A stretch of DNA of 63,139 nucleotides, filler included, from Choristocarpus tenellus KU-1152 (lineage: Eukaryota; Protista; Phaeophyceae): assembly GCA_964200185.2 (NCBI GenBank). It is 15 parts of 15 records of this genome, joined end to end, with 100 filler letters (N's around TTAATTAATTAA, not from the genome) between each part and the next. Parts side by side here need not be neighbours in the genome. Positions count along the whole stretch, not along the records: positions 10,537 to 15,633 come from CAXNAD020011891.1; positions 15,734 to 20,301 come from CAXNAD020013981.1; positions 20,402 to 25,402 come from CAXNAD020012212.1; positions 25,503 to 31,447 come from CAXNAD020009345.1; 11 more parts are not named here. The stretch is one strand, 5' to 3'. This document shows positions 13,746 to 25,564 of the stretch, piece by piece (position 1 is the stretch's first letter; each line of letters begins with the position of its first letter). A model generated the notes under the pieces. The model had not been told where the DNA came from. It worked only from the letters and a program-made list of their open reading frames with translations, and did not search any database. The translations under genes were made by a program, and so were the position numbers.

Positions 13746-13924
13746 GACCCAAAGTATCTGGGGGGGGGGGGGGGGTCTACACCAGGGTGTCCATTTGGGT
13801 CATGACCAGGAAAAGTGCACTTACATTATCCATCCAATGTATGCAACCAAATCACATAAATCGCAACATGAAAAAAATTGACCCCAAATGGACACCTGCC
13901 ACCCCCCCCCAGATACTTCGAGCC
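13746..13924 (+). mobile_element. MITE family A, full-length copy (about 180 bp)
   Basis: GACCCAAAGTATCTG(G)n ... (C)nAGATACTTCGAGCC, with subterminal inverted GTGTCCATTTGGG/CCCAAATGGACAC and a possible degenerate 4-bp TSD cata/caca. Confidence 0.8.
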
Positions 13925-14214
13925 CACACTCTTACCAGAAACAGGTCCATAGTTATAGTTACGTGTAAGGAAGGGTCATCAAGAGTTTCCCTGTCATGTC
14001 TAGAGTCTTGATGAGTAGCTAGCTGCTTGCATCCCCCCTGTGTGTAGTATAGTAGATCACACCAGGTTTGGGAAAGTACTCCAAGAGGAGTGACGTAAGT
14101 CCTGGAGGAGTACTACTCAAAAAAAACATTCAGACTCAAGAGCGAAAGTGAGATGTGCTTCCATTCGTTACTATGAGGTCATCCCTCAACGAGTGGATGT
14201 TCCTGCAACCATTA

Positions 14215-14472
14215 GAGTGAAAGTATCTTAGAGGGTACGAGTTTTGCCTTGTTTGTCAATTTGGGGCTTGGCATCCTTAGGGGTTATTATGACATTTTCC
14301 TACTCCAAAATACTTCAGAGTAGGTAAAATGTGTATATTATGAAAAGGTGTATCCGGAACAAGGATACTGGCACTTCCTAACAAACATGATAGCCAAAAT
14401 TAAATCAAAATTTCAACGTTGGATTTTGGACCCCAAATGAACATGGCTCTACCCTCTAAGATACTTTGGCTC
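14215..14472 (+). mobile_element. MITE family B, full-length (258 bp), Sola-like
   Basis: TIRs GAGTGAAAGTATCTTAGAGGGTA / TACCCTCTAAGATACTTTGGCTC, a perfect 4-bp TSD ATTA (14211-14214, 14473-14476) and GAG...CTC termini. Confidence 0.9.
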
Positions 14473-15217
14473 ATTAGTTGATGAAGTGTTGTCCCAGGTG
14501 ACCCAGATGCCACTAATGTGCAGGCTAGAGACCACTACTACTCTCCCTTCAGGAGAAAAAAAAAAGGTGTCTTGTAGACCTCCACGTCACAGGTTGGAGT
14601 TAGCTCATCTAGTATTCGGTGATATGGGCTCAATGCTTAAGAATGCAGGCCCTAGACGATCCCCTGATGAATTAATTGTCCGGTGTATACCACCAGATAA
14701 ATGGCTTTGAACATTCTTAATAATCACTAGCTATAGCACAAGACTAACCACGAACATGGAAGGGGGTCCGACAGGTTCAGAGCTTAAGCCGAAGAATAAA
14801 CTAAAGCCAACAAGTCAACAGAAAAAATCAAGGACTTCAGTTCAAAATCTCCATACAATACAGAACCGTTGCCAGAAACAAAAGCGACCACCTTTCAGTA
14901 TTATCTGGAGAAGTTTGAATCAACCTCAATCAGTGGTGGCATATGATTGTTTTCGTCAATGTAACAATAGATTTTTGTTTGACCTAATTGGGATTCGTTG
15001 GATGCATTAGAAATACTAAGAGTTCATTTTCTTTGGCTGTTGCCAGGGGTTAGAGAGGTCTAGCCTATTATGTTATTTTCAAATTCATATTTTATCATAG
15101 GAATGTGGTTGAAAAGTATGTGGTGATTACGTATGACTAATTATTTTATTATTATGCCCTCTGACATTTTGCAGATGTGCGAGGGGGAAAACGAATGAAA
15201 ACTATGCATACATGTAT

Positions 15218-15633
15218 GGATGTCAATATAAGCCCTGAAAAAGGAGTAAAATATAATAAATGTGAAAACACTATAAAACACTATAAGTGTGAAATCCACC
15301 ACTAATCTATCAGTTACTTTATTATTTATATTATACTACTGTCTTCCTGTACTTCCCATCTACCTACTCCTGTGCCCAGGGGGAGGGAGCTAGGGAGGCA
15401 TCCCAAGAATCCAACAAACCCCTCCGTGCCCATCTCCCTGGTGACTCTAGTTTAAAGCGCATGACACATTGAGACGATGCCACTTGCGTAGTTACCGAAA
15501 CAATTTGGCATAGCCGCGATTTAACTATTCCTTTCCAGCAGTATCCTCCTGCCCCTCTCCCCTCTACCATGTGAGTAGCCAGCTCATCCAGGAAGCATTC
15601 CGCTTGCTTGCCGAGGTGCCCAAAACTTTCCAC
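15218..15633 (-). mobile_element. 3' end of an RLE-type non-LTR retrotransposon (ORF tail + 3' UTR)
   Basis: VESFGHLGKQAECFLDELATH; homologous to 43010-43420 including the UTR. Confidence 0.85.
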
Positions 15634-15733
15634 NNNNNNNNNNNNNNNNNNNNNNNNNNNNNNNNNNNNNNNNNNNNTTAATTAATTAANNNNNNNNNNN
15701 NNNNNNNNNNNNNNNNNNNNNNNNNNNNNNNNN

Positions 15734-15781
15734 ACGGACGCCCCCTCACGAACCACCCCCCACCACCAGATACTTTGACCC
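15734..15781 (+). mobile_element. MITE family A right terminus
   Basis: ccagatactttgaccc near the contig start. Confidence 0.7.
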
Positions 15782-17551
15782 ATTACTGGTCCTAGCTTCT
15801 CCCGTTTTGGCACCACTCAGAATAAACGTGAAAAGTTCTTGCACTCACTCAATAATAAAACTACTCTACTCAGCATGGCAATGTGAGCACTCCCCAAAAT
15901 ACGTTTTTCAGAGTGGAGGGTGGTCACCATCAGCTTCCTCGTTGAGTGTCGGCCTGATAGGAATTTCAATACTAGCTAGCAATACGTCAAGCACAACTTT
16001 AGCACAGGTCAAAACGGAGAGACCTTCCATAGGGTATTTGCTTCCATCCTTATGAAAGCACCCAGAACACAACAGCACAACACAACAACACGAGACAAGA
16101 GGAGTGCCGACAGAGTGGGAGTAAAACGCTCATTAAAGGGGGACATGTTCGGAGGAGGGGAAAAGGCATTCAGGTATGGTGGCGAACAAGAGGGACTAAG
16201 AGAACTCCCCGTTTCATGTGATGTTTAAGGGGTGAACCTTTCCCTTGTGGTTGAAAGCATGACGAGTCGAGATAGCTGGATATCGCCCGTTGGCCCAAGT
16301 GAAAAGAGGTGCATCACATGTGCCTTCGGTCCTAACTCACACTATCATTGTGGGTGCTAGAGGGACTACTTACAGCGAACCTTCAGTATGTTAGCAGCAG
16401 GAGGTATGAGAGTGAAGGAGTTCAGGCACCCCAAAAATGAAGAATCAGATGGTATCGTAGCCAACGTGACAGCTCTTCCCGTAGCGGTAATTCCTCCTTC
16501 TGTTGGCGTTGTTGATGAAGGTATGGAGGCTGGCGTACCTCCATAAATGATCATGGTAGTACACAATATGACGTGGAGCTCCATTCCACATTGGTCACCC
16601 GATCTACACACCACCCAGGTGTCTGCAAGAACATATGTTGAGGGAGTCGAAACAAACGAGAGTTATTAGGTTTCATTTTAAGGATGTTGACAAATATGTG
16701 CAAATTCGGCTTTCTAAACAATAACGTGTGTAGGACTATTTTTGAATTGTGTCCGAAATTTTTTAAACAATAGAGAAATAAACGCTCTGAAGTCAAAGTT
16801 AGAAATTCATCAATAGAAACATGGGTGAAGATGCTTCGAGGTATTTGCTCTACACACACATGCAAGACACTGTATCAAGGGACTGAGGAAATTCTACTGG
16901 ATGCTTCATATATGAGCACCTTGGTTAAATCAAAGGGGGTGAGTTTGACGATCACTACGAGATTAAATTATGGTCAGGAGGGAGGAGTGTAGGTGGGATA
17001 ACAGAGATAACGAGAATAATATAGTAACAAATTCACTCTCCTTTATTCATATGCGTAGATCTGACTTGGATGGCGACAAACCTGTTGTCCCTCTACTCTT
17101 CTGTTGTGCCATGCATTCAGTCGTATGTTCTATGACCTGGGTAAAAAGAATAATAAAATATGAACCCCCACCCTTACCCTCTGATCAGGGTCAATTTGTC
17201 CTCTTCTGCTTCGTGGCCCTGGGAAATTTAGAAAAAAAAAACTAACTCTTTACCCCCTCCTCAAACCCAAACCATTCTCTTACCCTCCTCTCCTCTGTGT
17301 TCTGGGTAAATTTAAAAAAGGCAACTCCCATGTTCTGGTCACGCCCAAAATACTTCGGAAAAACACTATGGAGAGAGACGGCGTTGTGTGGAAATCAAAA
17401 AGCAGAACATATAAAATAGTTTGGTCAAATCATTGGGTGTTCAGAGTACGATGGGGTGGAGAATGAAAAGCATCATTGCTACGCAAAATATAAGAATGTA
17501 AAATTACATTATGGACTAAGATGTTCATTGCATTGGGTGAGATCACCCGTC

Positions 17552-17740
17552 TTAAGGGGTATATACGGTGTATTCGACTTTGCTCTTACACACGCAAAAA
17601 CTTTTATTTCTGCACGTTCGCGCGCAATTGGGATTAGTAGACAGAAATAAAAACAGGTTATATAGAATAAAAAGGACTTCAACAAGTTGATAAAAACTAA
17701 TAAACAAGAGAGTTCGACACCACCTTGGGGTCCGTTTAAA
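17552..17740. mobile_element. Possible TTAA-flanked (Kolobok-like) MITE
   Basis: ttaaggggtatatacggtgtattcgactt ... agttcgacaccaccttggggtccgtttaa; the inverted match is weak. Confidence 0.35.
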
Positions 17741-18875
17741 CGTACAATACACCTACGTTCTTCTCACCTTTCTTACGTCTTACATCAACCTTGCATACAT
17801 GTAACGACGAATTTAACGTCTTACGTTCTACAAATTTCACTACACTAATGTTGATATTATGTGGGGCACCTTTTTGAGTCAAAGTGATGTAGAGCTAGTC
17901 AGATCTTGACCCTTTTGTAATCTCTGCCATCTTTGCTATACATTCTACATAATTGCTTTATGTGCAATAATAGTGCACGCAAAAATGATATTCCACCTTC
18001 TCACCAAAAACCTGGAAACCCTACATGAAATTATGCAAAATAGTAGTTCTCGTTTCCAATACACTCGTCTTCAAATTGAACAAAATGAAACCAAAAAATG
18101 GCACCTCGCAAATAATGTGAGTGACTACTTACGGTACACTTCAAATAGGGTTAAAAAAAACTCCTCTACTTCGAAGACATCCCACCATCCTTTCGTAATA
18201 TATACCAGAGCCAGATCACAATGACAAATAGGTGGGGGTTGAGAAACCTTTGCCATGGAAACAATATGCATAGAGTGAGGGGGTAGGGTAGGATACAACT
18301 TTGTGGAGTGAGGTTGAAGGATCGGTGTTTTAGTTTTGAATCAGATATGGGTGGTGAGTTCTACATAGATTAAGAGACATACCTCCATGTGGTACCTATA
18401 TTGTGGAGTAGTAAATTGGGTTTACAGGGTTGAATGTTTGGAAAATGAGGTTGAAGTTGTGGTTGGATGATTTGATCGAGTGAGGGTATGTTGCATTGCT
18501 AAAGATGTCGTGCAGTCTTCATCCTCATATATGTTGTTGATGCAGGGTCGCTGATTATGATGATCTTCCGCATTTATTCGTAGAATGTACAGGCTGACTG
18601 TAGCAAGCGGGAAACGGTACTCCAGAAGTCCGACTTTCAACAGATGAATCGTTTGTTCACCTGATATGCAGACATGGGAGATCTTTATCATACATTGTTA
18701 CGGGGAGGAGGGTAGGGGAGGATGCTCTTCTTATTCTGTACTATCTATACAACAACGTTAGTAAGTTTTGATATTATTCCCTACGAACAGATGTTCACAT
18801 TGCTGTCCTCCTAGTCTAGACTTACAAAGGTGATGGAGAACCAAGGGAAGAATCCGAAGAATCTGTGAGGGTCCT

Positions 18876-19085
18876 TCAAGCCCACCCACCCCACATCTCC
18901 AGCTTGAAGTGCATGTCATGCCTCAAGAGACCTACTTTTACCGATCCCTTTACTATCTGCCTCAAATAAGTCTTCATAGCACCTACCTTGCTTACTGTAT
19001 CCACCAACCCTTTCCCCCCTACCGCATGTGTGGCCACACCATTGAGTAAACTCTCTGCTTGCTTGCCGAGCTGCCGAATACCTAC
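18876..19085 (-). mobile_element. Degenerate RLE non-LTR retrotransposon 3' fragment
   Basis: RQLGKQAESLLNGVATHAVGGKG...LRQIV...MHFKLE matches the 15364 and 42730 ORFs. Confidence 0.8.
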
Positions 19086-19871
19086 ACTTTTTATAATACT
19101 ATGCTTTTTGCATGCAATCAGAGTCCTTGACAAAACTATGGAGTTATTTTTGGGGTTGTTAGATGTCTGTGAAAACTAGACCAATCTGACTGACCCTGTC
19201 ACCCTTTTAATGTTGTCTCCACACCCATTAGAGTGTGATAACAAATAAATTTAGGGACAATTTGAAAAATGCAAATTATACACAAATAAAAGGACCACCC
19301 TGTTGTTTTGGTGGCGTCCAGATTGAGGATTGGAGGTGCTTAGAAAAAATACATTGTAACTTGATGGTCAGGTGAGCAAGAAAGTGATGACTGCGATTTG
19401 GACTCGTTTGCTGTTATCTAAAAGCTAGAAGTACTTACTTGAAGCATAACGACCAGCCGCAAACATTGTTGTTGAACGTACGGAAGATCTGCAAAGGGAT
19501 GCTGATGTTGAGGACCCTAATGCAGGGTCAAGGTGGAAGGGATTTCGGGTCACAGTATTAACATCGAGCACAAGAGACCCACAAAGTGGTCCCATTGAAA
19601 CACTGCCCAAGCCGGAGGTCTTTAATGTCGCAATTGGGTATCCCCCAGTCAATGCTGCACAAGAACATGAAAAACTTGCATACAGGTCGAGCTCAATCAT
19701 GCCAAGCCGCTCCTTAATTGATGAGGGCAAATAAGAAAGGCTATAATGTGGCCAATGCTCTGGGTCAAGAAGCAGAAGTCTGACTGACATCTTGTGAAGA
19801 GGGAATCAATTCTGCCGGGCATTGAGGACGCTATTCCGTATGAGTTTTGACAATTAATCATGTATCCTGGA

Positions 19872-19915
19872 GGGTCAAAGTATCTGGGGGGGGGGGTGCC
19901 GGCGTCCGTTTTTGA
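19872..19915 (-). mobile_element. MITE family A terminus fragment; another terminus lies at 20266-20301 (+)
   Basis: gggtcaaagtatctggggg at 19872 and gacccaaagtatctgtgggg at 20266. Confidence 0.7.
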
Positions 19916-20401
19916 CCTGGATCAGTTGCAAGGAAGTGAAGCAAGCAATCGTCTCCTGGGTTATTAGTACTTTCTCTACCAAGAGAGGAATGATGAGATA
20001 GTATATATGCACAGCTCTACACCTCCCTACAGGGGGGATGGTTGGAAACATCCCCAAGTGCGACCATTTGTGGATATCTTCTCAAAAGAAACCATCATTG
20101 GTAAGAACTTAGTGCTGACCATCCTGGCCATTAATCTATACGTAGCATACCCACGAGAGATGGCGACAGCACAAGAGTTACTTCCAGCACCTACAAGTCC
20201 AACACAATACCCAAGACTCAACAAGTGAAGAGGAAGAGCAACAAGAGGGATCAGGTGTTCCCCATGACCCAAAGTATCTGTGGGGGGGGGGGGGGGGGGG
20301 CNNNNNNNNNNNNNNNNNNNNNNNNNNNNNNNNNNNNNNNNNNNNTTAATTAATTAANNNNNNNNNNNNNNNNNNNNNNNNNNNNNNNNNNNNNNNNNNN
20401 N

Positions 20402-20704
20402 GAAACACGGACAACGCCCATTTCCGGCGCTCAACAAGGAAATGTGATAGTTAAGGCTCTAACACTGCGAATCCTGTATGTGTGTATGAACGACGGGAAA
20501 GATCGTCAAACTGCGCTCGAGATGGCAGCAGGATATGCAATGGTCAGGCCGGAAACTGTGAGTAAATGGGAGAGAGACTTCCTAACTAAGGGCCACATCA
20601 AGGTGTCGGAGCAAGGGCGTTACTAGAGGCGTTTCGTCCTGGGCCTCGACGAGAACATCCTTCCCGAGGTCAAAGAGTGGGTGCGCGAACAGACAGGAAG
20701 AAAG
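20402..20704 (+). pseudogene. IS630/Tc1-like transposase N-terminal (HTH-like) fragment with an in-frame stop
   Basis: TALEMAAGYAMVRPETVSKWERDFLTKGHIKVSEQGRY*RRFVLGLDENILPEVKEWVREQ. The W..F...G...S..G...L.DE....V..W pattern resembles eukaryotic IS630-like transposases. TAG at 20624-20626. Confidence 0.55.
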
Positions 20705-20863
20705 GGTGGGGAGGCTTTTTTCCCAGCTAAACCCTATACTTTAATCAAGTAATAGTGGATCTGTTGCCACTCTTGGTGACCTACAATCCGGGGTTCAAAC
20801 CCCAATATGACCGGTCTTTCTTCAAAATAGAAAAAAGTGGCGAAAAAAATACGAAGCCCGTAC

Positions 20864-21092
20864 TCTGGAGGGCATTGCGACGGATGCCACGACTATGCTT
20901 TTATTATTTTAATCCGCCTTCTACATCAAACGTTATGATGGGACAACCCCAGAGGGCCAAGCTACTGTACCACTATATCTGGAGGGCCTTGTGACGGGTA
21001 TCACGAATATGCTTTTATTTTTTTAATCCGACCTCTACATCAAACGTGATGACGGGACAACCCTAGAGGGCGAAGCTGCTGGTACCGCTATA
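20864..21092 (+). repeat. Tandem duplication of about 115 bp
   Basis: tctggagggc...ctacatcaaacg...gggacaaccc.agagggc.aagct occurs twice. Confidence 0.85.
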
Positions 21093-21294
21093 CTCACAAC
21101 CTTCCAGAACCAGGGCCTATTCTTGAGTGATGAATGGGCCATATTTGCGGTCCTTAACGAATGCCAAATCGGCCAACGTCGACCCCACTATCACCATCAT
21201 CCCCGAACCGTTGCCCCCTTACGTGCCACTCGCACCCATGAGCCTACAACAGGGGAAGTGAAGCGCACCATACATCCTTTGGCAATCAAAAGGT

Positions 21295-21384
21295 TACGAA
21301 AAGGTGTGTTCTGAACAGGGATATTGACACTTCCTAACAAACACGACAGCCAAAATCACATCAAAATCGCAACATTGGATTTGG
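21295..21384 (+). mobile_element. Internal fragment of MITE family B
   Basis: gaaaaggtgt...cacttcctaacaaaca...ttggatt matches about 14340-14430. Confidence 0.75.
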
Positions 21385-21579
21385 GTCTTTTTTTTTGCTT
21401 CTTGGGCTTATTTATTTTATAGGCTATTCAGTTTCCATTTCGTTACTCTCGACATCCACACATTACTTTTTTTATTTTTTATTGCCCATTTTAGTTTGAT
21501 TTCGTTTCTCTTTATTTGTTATTTATACTATTTATTGCTCTCGTTGACCCTTCTTTATTATTATTATTATTTTTTTTAT

Positions 21580-23840
21580 TTGCCTGTTTTGCACAGTTGC
21601 AGCCTTGAGTATGCTTTGTGCATGGGGGGCATTGGACAGGGAATAATTAGATGCTGTGTAGGTAATAAATAATATATGTCTAATCCTTCATAGCATTTGC
21701 ATTTGTATAACCGTGAAGATTGGAACAGAAGAAGCATGAATTGAATGCCCAACCAGAGCTATGTATTTTGTAACTTTTGAAGGTCCAATTGAAAAGAAAC
21801 AAGTGTATACTCGGATTAGACCAAAATTTTTAGTGGAGATTGCATTGTGTGACATTATGGATGCCTTGAAGGGAACGCAGATAAATTAATAACATTTGTG
21901 ATTAGAGTGATTGAAACTGGGGACCCATTCATTTTAGGCCATGTCAGAGATCTATACTTTGTCAACTTTGAAGACGTGCTTCAGAAAGAACAAATGTATA
22001 CTCAGACTAGGCCAGGGGCAATCTGACTCTAATGGTATTCGGGACCCTTGGGAAACCCAGGTTTAACAAGGATATTTGTTGACCTATTTGGGGCTAGTTG
22101 GAGTTACATATATTTTAATTATAGTATATACTCTTATCTGGTCAGACATATATTGATCTTGACTGTGCCTTACGACTTTTGAGGATCCGTTCTCAAAGGA
22201 AACGAGGGGATTCTTGATCATTGTTGGAATCCAAGGGCAGAGTCGGAACTGGAGTCCCAATGTTGAAAACAACTGGCAGAGTCGGAACTGAAGCCCCTAT
22301 GCTACCAAATGGCAATTATGCATGCCACCGCAGTATGATCTAAGGTGATGGATATTTATTATTTCAGATAATGATTATTGCCAGTGGTAAGCATGGAACA
22401 GGTAGTCCCTGCATGGAGCATAGGATAGCTGAAGTTGGAACCATGAAGTAACCCACATCAGAACAGCAATTTATGTAAGATGTTTTGACTTTTTTTGTAA
22501 TTTTGTGTCTTTGAATATATATATATATATATATATTTTTCTGTGTATATCAGGTACCTGACCCCCTTTACTCCATGTTTTTTTTTCCTTTTTTATTTAT
22601 TTTTATTGTTATTAATTTTCTTTCGTTTTATTTTTGGATTTTCTTTTTTTCGCATTTTTTCCATATTTTATCTATCCTTTGGTCAGCTTTTTTTCTCTTT
22701 TTTCCCTTTCCTTTTCCCTTTGTTATTATTATTATTATTTTTCCCTATTAATTTTTTTTTATTTTCTTTATTTTCTTTCTTCTCCTTTTTCTTTTCGTTT
22801 TTGTTAGAGGCCGACGTTGATGTTATCGCCTGTTTTACGCACTACTAGCAGCAGTCAGTATGCTTCGTGCTGGGGGGCATGAGACAGTCAATAATCAGAT
22901 GATACTTGGCACTTTGGGGAAGTTGTACTTTAGAGAGAATGAATATATCCTCAGATTAGGCGAGACGCAGACAGATTTCCCCAAGTAAGATAGAGATACA
23001 TGTTTAGGTCTAGTAGGAGTTAGGCATACTTTTTTGCTCTTCCTTCTCCCTGCTACAGGATAATCTGAGGCGATCGATGATGTCTATTGTTTTCACCAGT
23101 GACAATCACTTGTAGTAAACATTTTTATATAGGATACATTCTTTTATTTTATTATATATTTTTTCATTTTGTTCTTTTGAAGTCCCTGTTCAGAAGGAAC
23201 AGGTATGCTTAGATTAGGCATACGCAATTGGAATAAGATTACATCCTGTGACCTTGTGGCCGAACCCTTAAAAAAATTTGGAGAGGAACCAATCACATTT
23301 GTGATTGGGGTGATCGGAACTGGAGTCCCGTTCATTCTAGGCCATGTCAGAGATGTATGTTTTGCAACTTTTGAAGATGTTTCAGAAGGCGCAAGTATAT
23401 ACTCAGATTAGCCCAGATGCAAAGTGTGTCGCATAATATTCTGTGCCTCTTGGGATAAATTATCCCAAGAAAAACATGGATATGTGTTGATCGATTCTGG
23501 ACCTAGTCGAAGTTAGATATATTTTATAATTATATACTCTGATTAGCTCCGACATTTATTGATTCTGACTGTGTCTTAAGACTTTTGAGGACTTATTCTC
23601 AAAAATAATCTGGGAGACATGTCGATCATTTGTTGGAAATATCTGGTTAATTTGGAACCGAGGTCCCTGTGTTGGAAACAACTGGAAAGTTTGGAACTGG
23701 AGCCCCTCTTTTGTTTGATGGCAACCGACTAATGCTGCTACAGCGTGATCTGAGGTGATGGATGATATCTATTGTCTTAACCGGTGACAACCGCCTGTGG
23801 TAAGTGTGAAACATGTTTACTTAGTTCACGCTGGGGGGCA
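21580..23840 (+). repeat. Old diverged tandem units of about 1.2-1.4 kb
   Basis: 21890-22400 aligns with 23290-23810, and 21580-21650 aligns with 22826-22900 and 25314-25375. Confidence 0.75.
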
Positions 23841-24288
23841 TGTTACAGGTGAATAACGTGAGTATTTCTTCCCGCACTTTAACCGGTGCTAGCAGTGTAC
23901 GCGCGCGGGGAACCCCAAAAGGGGGAACTCCGATTTGCCAAAACGTTGCAGAATAAAATCTGTAACTAGGGAAAGGCGCAAAGGGTCCCAGGTGGAAAGG
24001 TCGCAAAGGTTCTCAGATATATTCCAATGTCTGCAAACCAGAAGAAGCCCCAACGATAAATGATGATAAGAGATCCTAAAAACGGCTCCAAACGGCTCAG
24101 TTCTTCTGACCTAGAGGACCAACCTATTCAGTTTTTCCTCTCTTCCTGATATCGATAAACCTATTTTCCTTGTGCTACTTGATTCGCCTGAGAGTACTCC
24201 TATTCTGCTGAGCTGACATGCGTTAATCTGTGAATTGGATCTGAGTTGTACATCCCGTGGATATGAGTTCTGAGGGGCGCCTGTAACA
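23841..24288 (+). mobile_element. LTR (448 bp), TGTTACAGG...CCTGTAACA
   Basis: TG...CA ends with 9-bp inverted termini; the 5' part is closely similar to 48477-48639. Confidence 0.8.
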
Positions 24289-24427
24289 GTTACAGGCGAA
24301 TAATAGGTCTGCCTTTTCGCATTCCAACCAGTGTCAGTAGCCTTGTTATGACATTTACTATCTTACGTGGTTTCTAGACATTTTTGTTTGTATTTGAGAC
24401 ATGATTCCTGTCTTAATTATTGTTTGT

Positions 24428-25050
24428 GTTTATAGTTCTGAAGGGGGTAGAGTCTATGGCAACACCCTATTTCAGTACTATCGTAATTTTGCATCCATAA
24501 TAATTTGTGTTGATATTTGTGAGGAGGGAGAGTCTTCCTATGACACTCCCTATTTTTCTGAGTCTTTTGTTGTATGTTCTTTGTTCGTGGGTATAGCAAG
24601 CCTTTATTTGGCAGGACCTTATTTTTGTTTGTGACTGTGAGACATCTTGGTGTCCAAAAAATAGTGTTTATAGTTGTGAAGGGGGACAATCTAAGCAGTA
24701 CCCTATTTCAGTGTTAATTGTGATTGTGTGCCTGTATTAATTTTTGCTGATAGTTTTGACGAGAGAGAGACTTGCTGAGATGCTCTCTATAGCTATTTTT
24801 TATTGTAAGATGTTTGAATTTTTGGGTATATATTCATAGTTCCTAGCAAGGGTAAGCCTTTCCTTGACAGCACCCCATCTCTTTTGTGACTGTTAATCAT
24901 GGTCTTTGTGTCCTGTCCTTGCTGTGTTTTAGTTTTGAAGGGGGAGTGTCCATGGCAACGCCCAAGTTCAGTGCTGCTATGGTTTTGTATCTATATTTGT
25001 GTTTGTTTATCTTGGAAGGGGTGGAGTCCTTTTAGACAGTACCCTACTTT
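24428..25050 (+). repeat. Degenerate tandem repeat with a period of about 240-260 bp
   Basis: gttt.tagtt.tgaagggg...ca.caccctatttcagt at about 24428, 24666 and 24926. Confidence 0.6.
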
Positions 25051-25502
25051 TGGCGTGTGTATGAGACTCTGGTGTAGGAGTTTTTCTTTTGAACGTTGAT
25101 TCAAATGCAGAGTGAGTGCCGTGAGGTGCGAGTGTCGCGCTAGCATACCTGTCGTCAGGGTAAACGTTGGAAGGGGATTTTTCCTCCAGGTTTCCTCCTC
25201 CGTTGGATCCCCAACGCTGCCTACTGGTGTGTTAGGACCTGGAAGTGACATTCATTTCATTTTTGCTGCGTTCATATGACAGGATGAGAAGTGACATTAT
25301 ATTTCCTTATCCAATCGCCTGTTTATCGCATTGGAGCAGTTATGCTTCATGCTAGTGGGGCATGTTGCAGGCGATATGACTTGATGGCGGTTTCATAAAC
25401 ACNNNNNNNNNNNNNNNNNNNNNNNNNNNNNNNNNNNNNNNNNNNNTTAATTAATTAANNNNNNNNNNNNNNNNNNNNNNNNNNNNNNNNNNNNNNNNNN
25501 NN

Positions 25503-25564
25503 GGAAGTCAAGGCCAAAGCGGACAAACAGGGTGAAACTCGTACCCTCTAAGATACTTTCACTC
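25503..25564 (-). mobile_element. MITE family B terminus
   Basis: aaactcgtaccctctaagatactttcactc is the reverse complement of the 14215 end. Confidence 0.85.

Noticed and set aside
16366-16625. Possible exon (also 19440-19740, 28380-28600, 30870-30990, 34040-34570, 36545-36720)
   Set aside because: Splice-like sites or open frames exist, but strand and frame are ambiguous and I recognised no motif.
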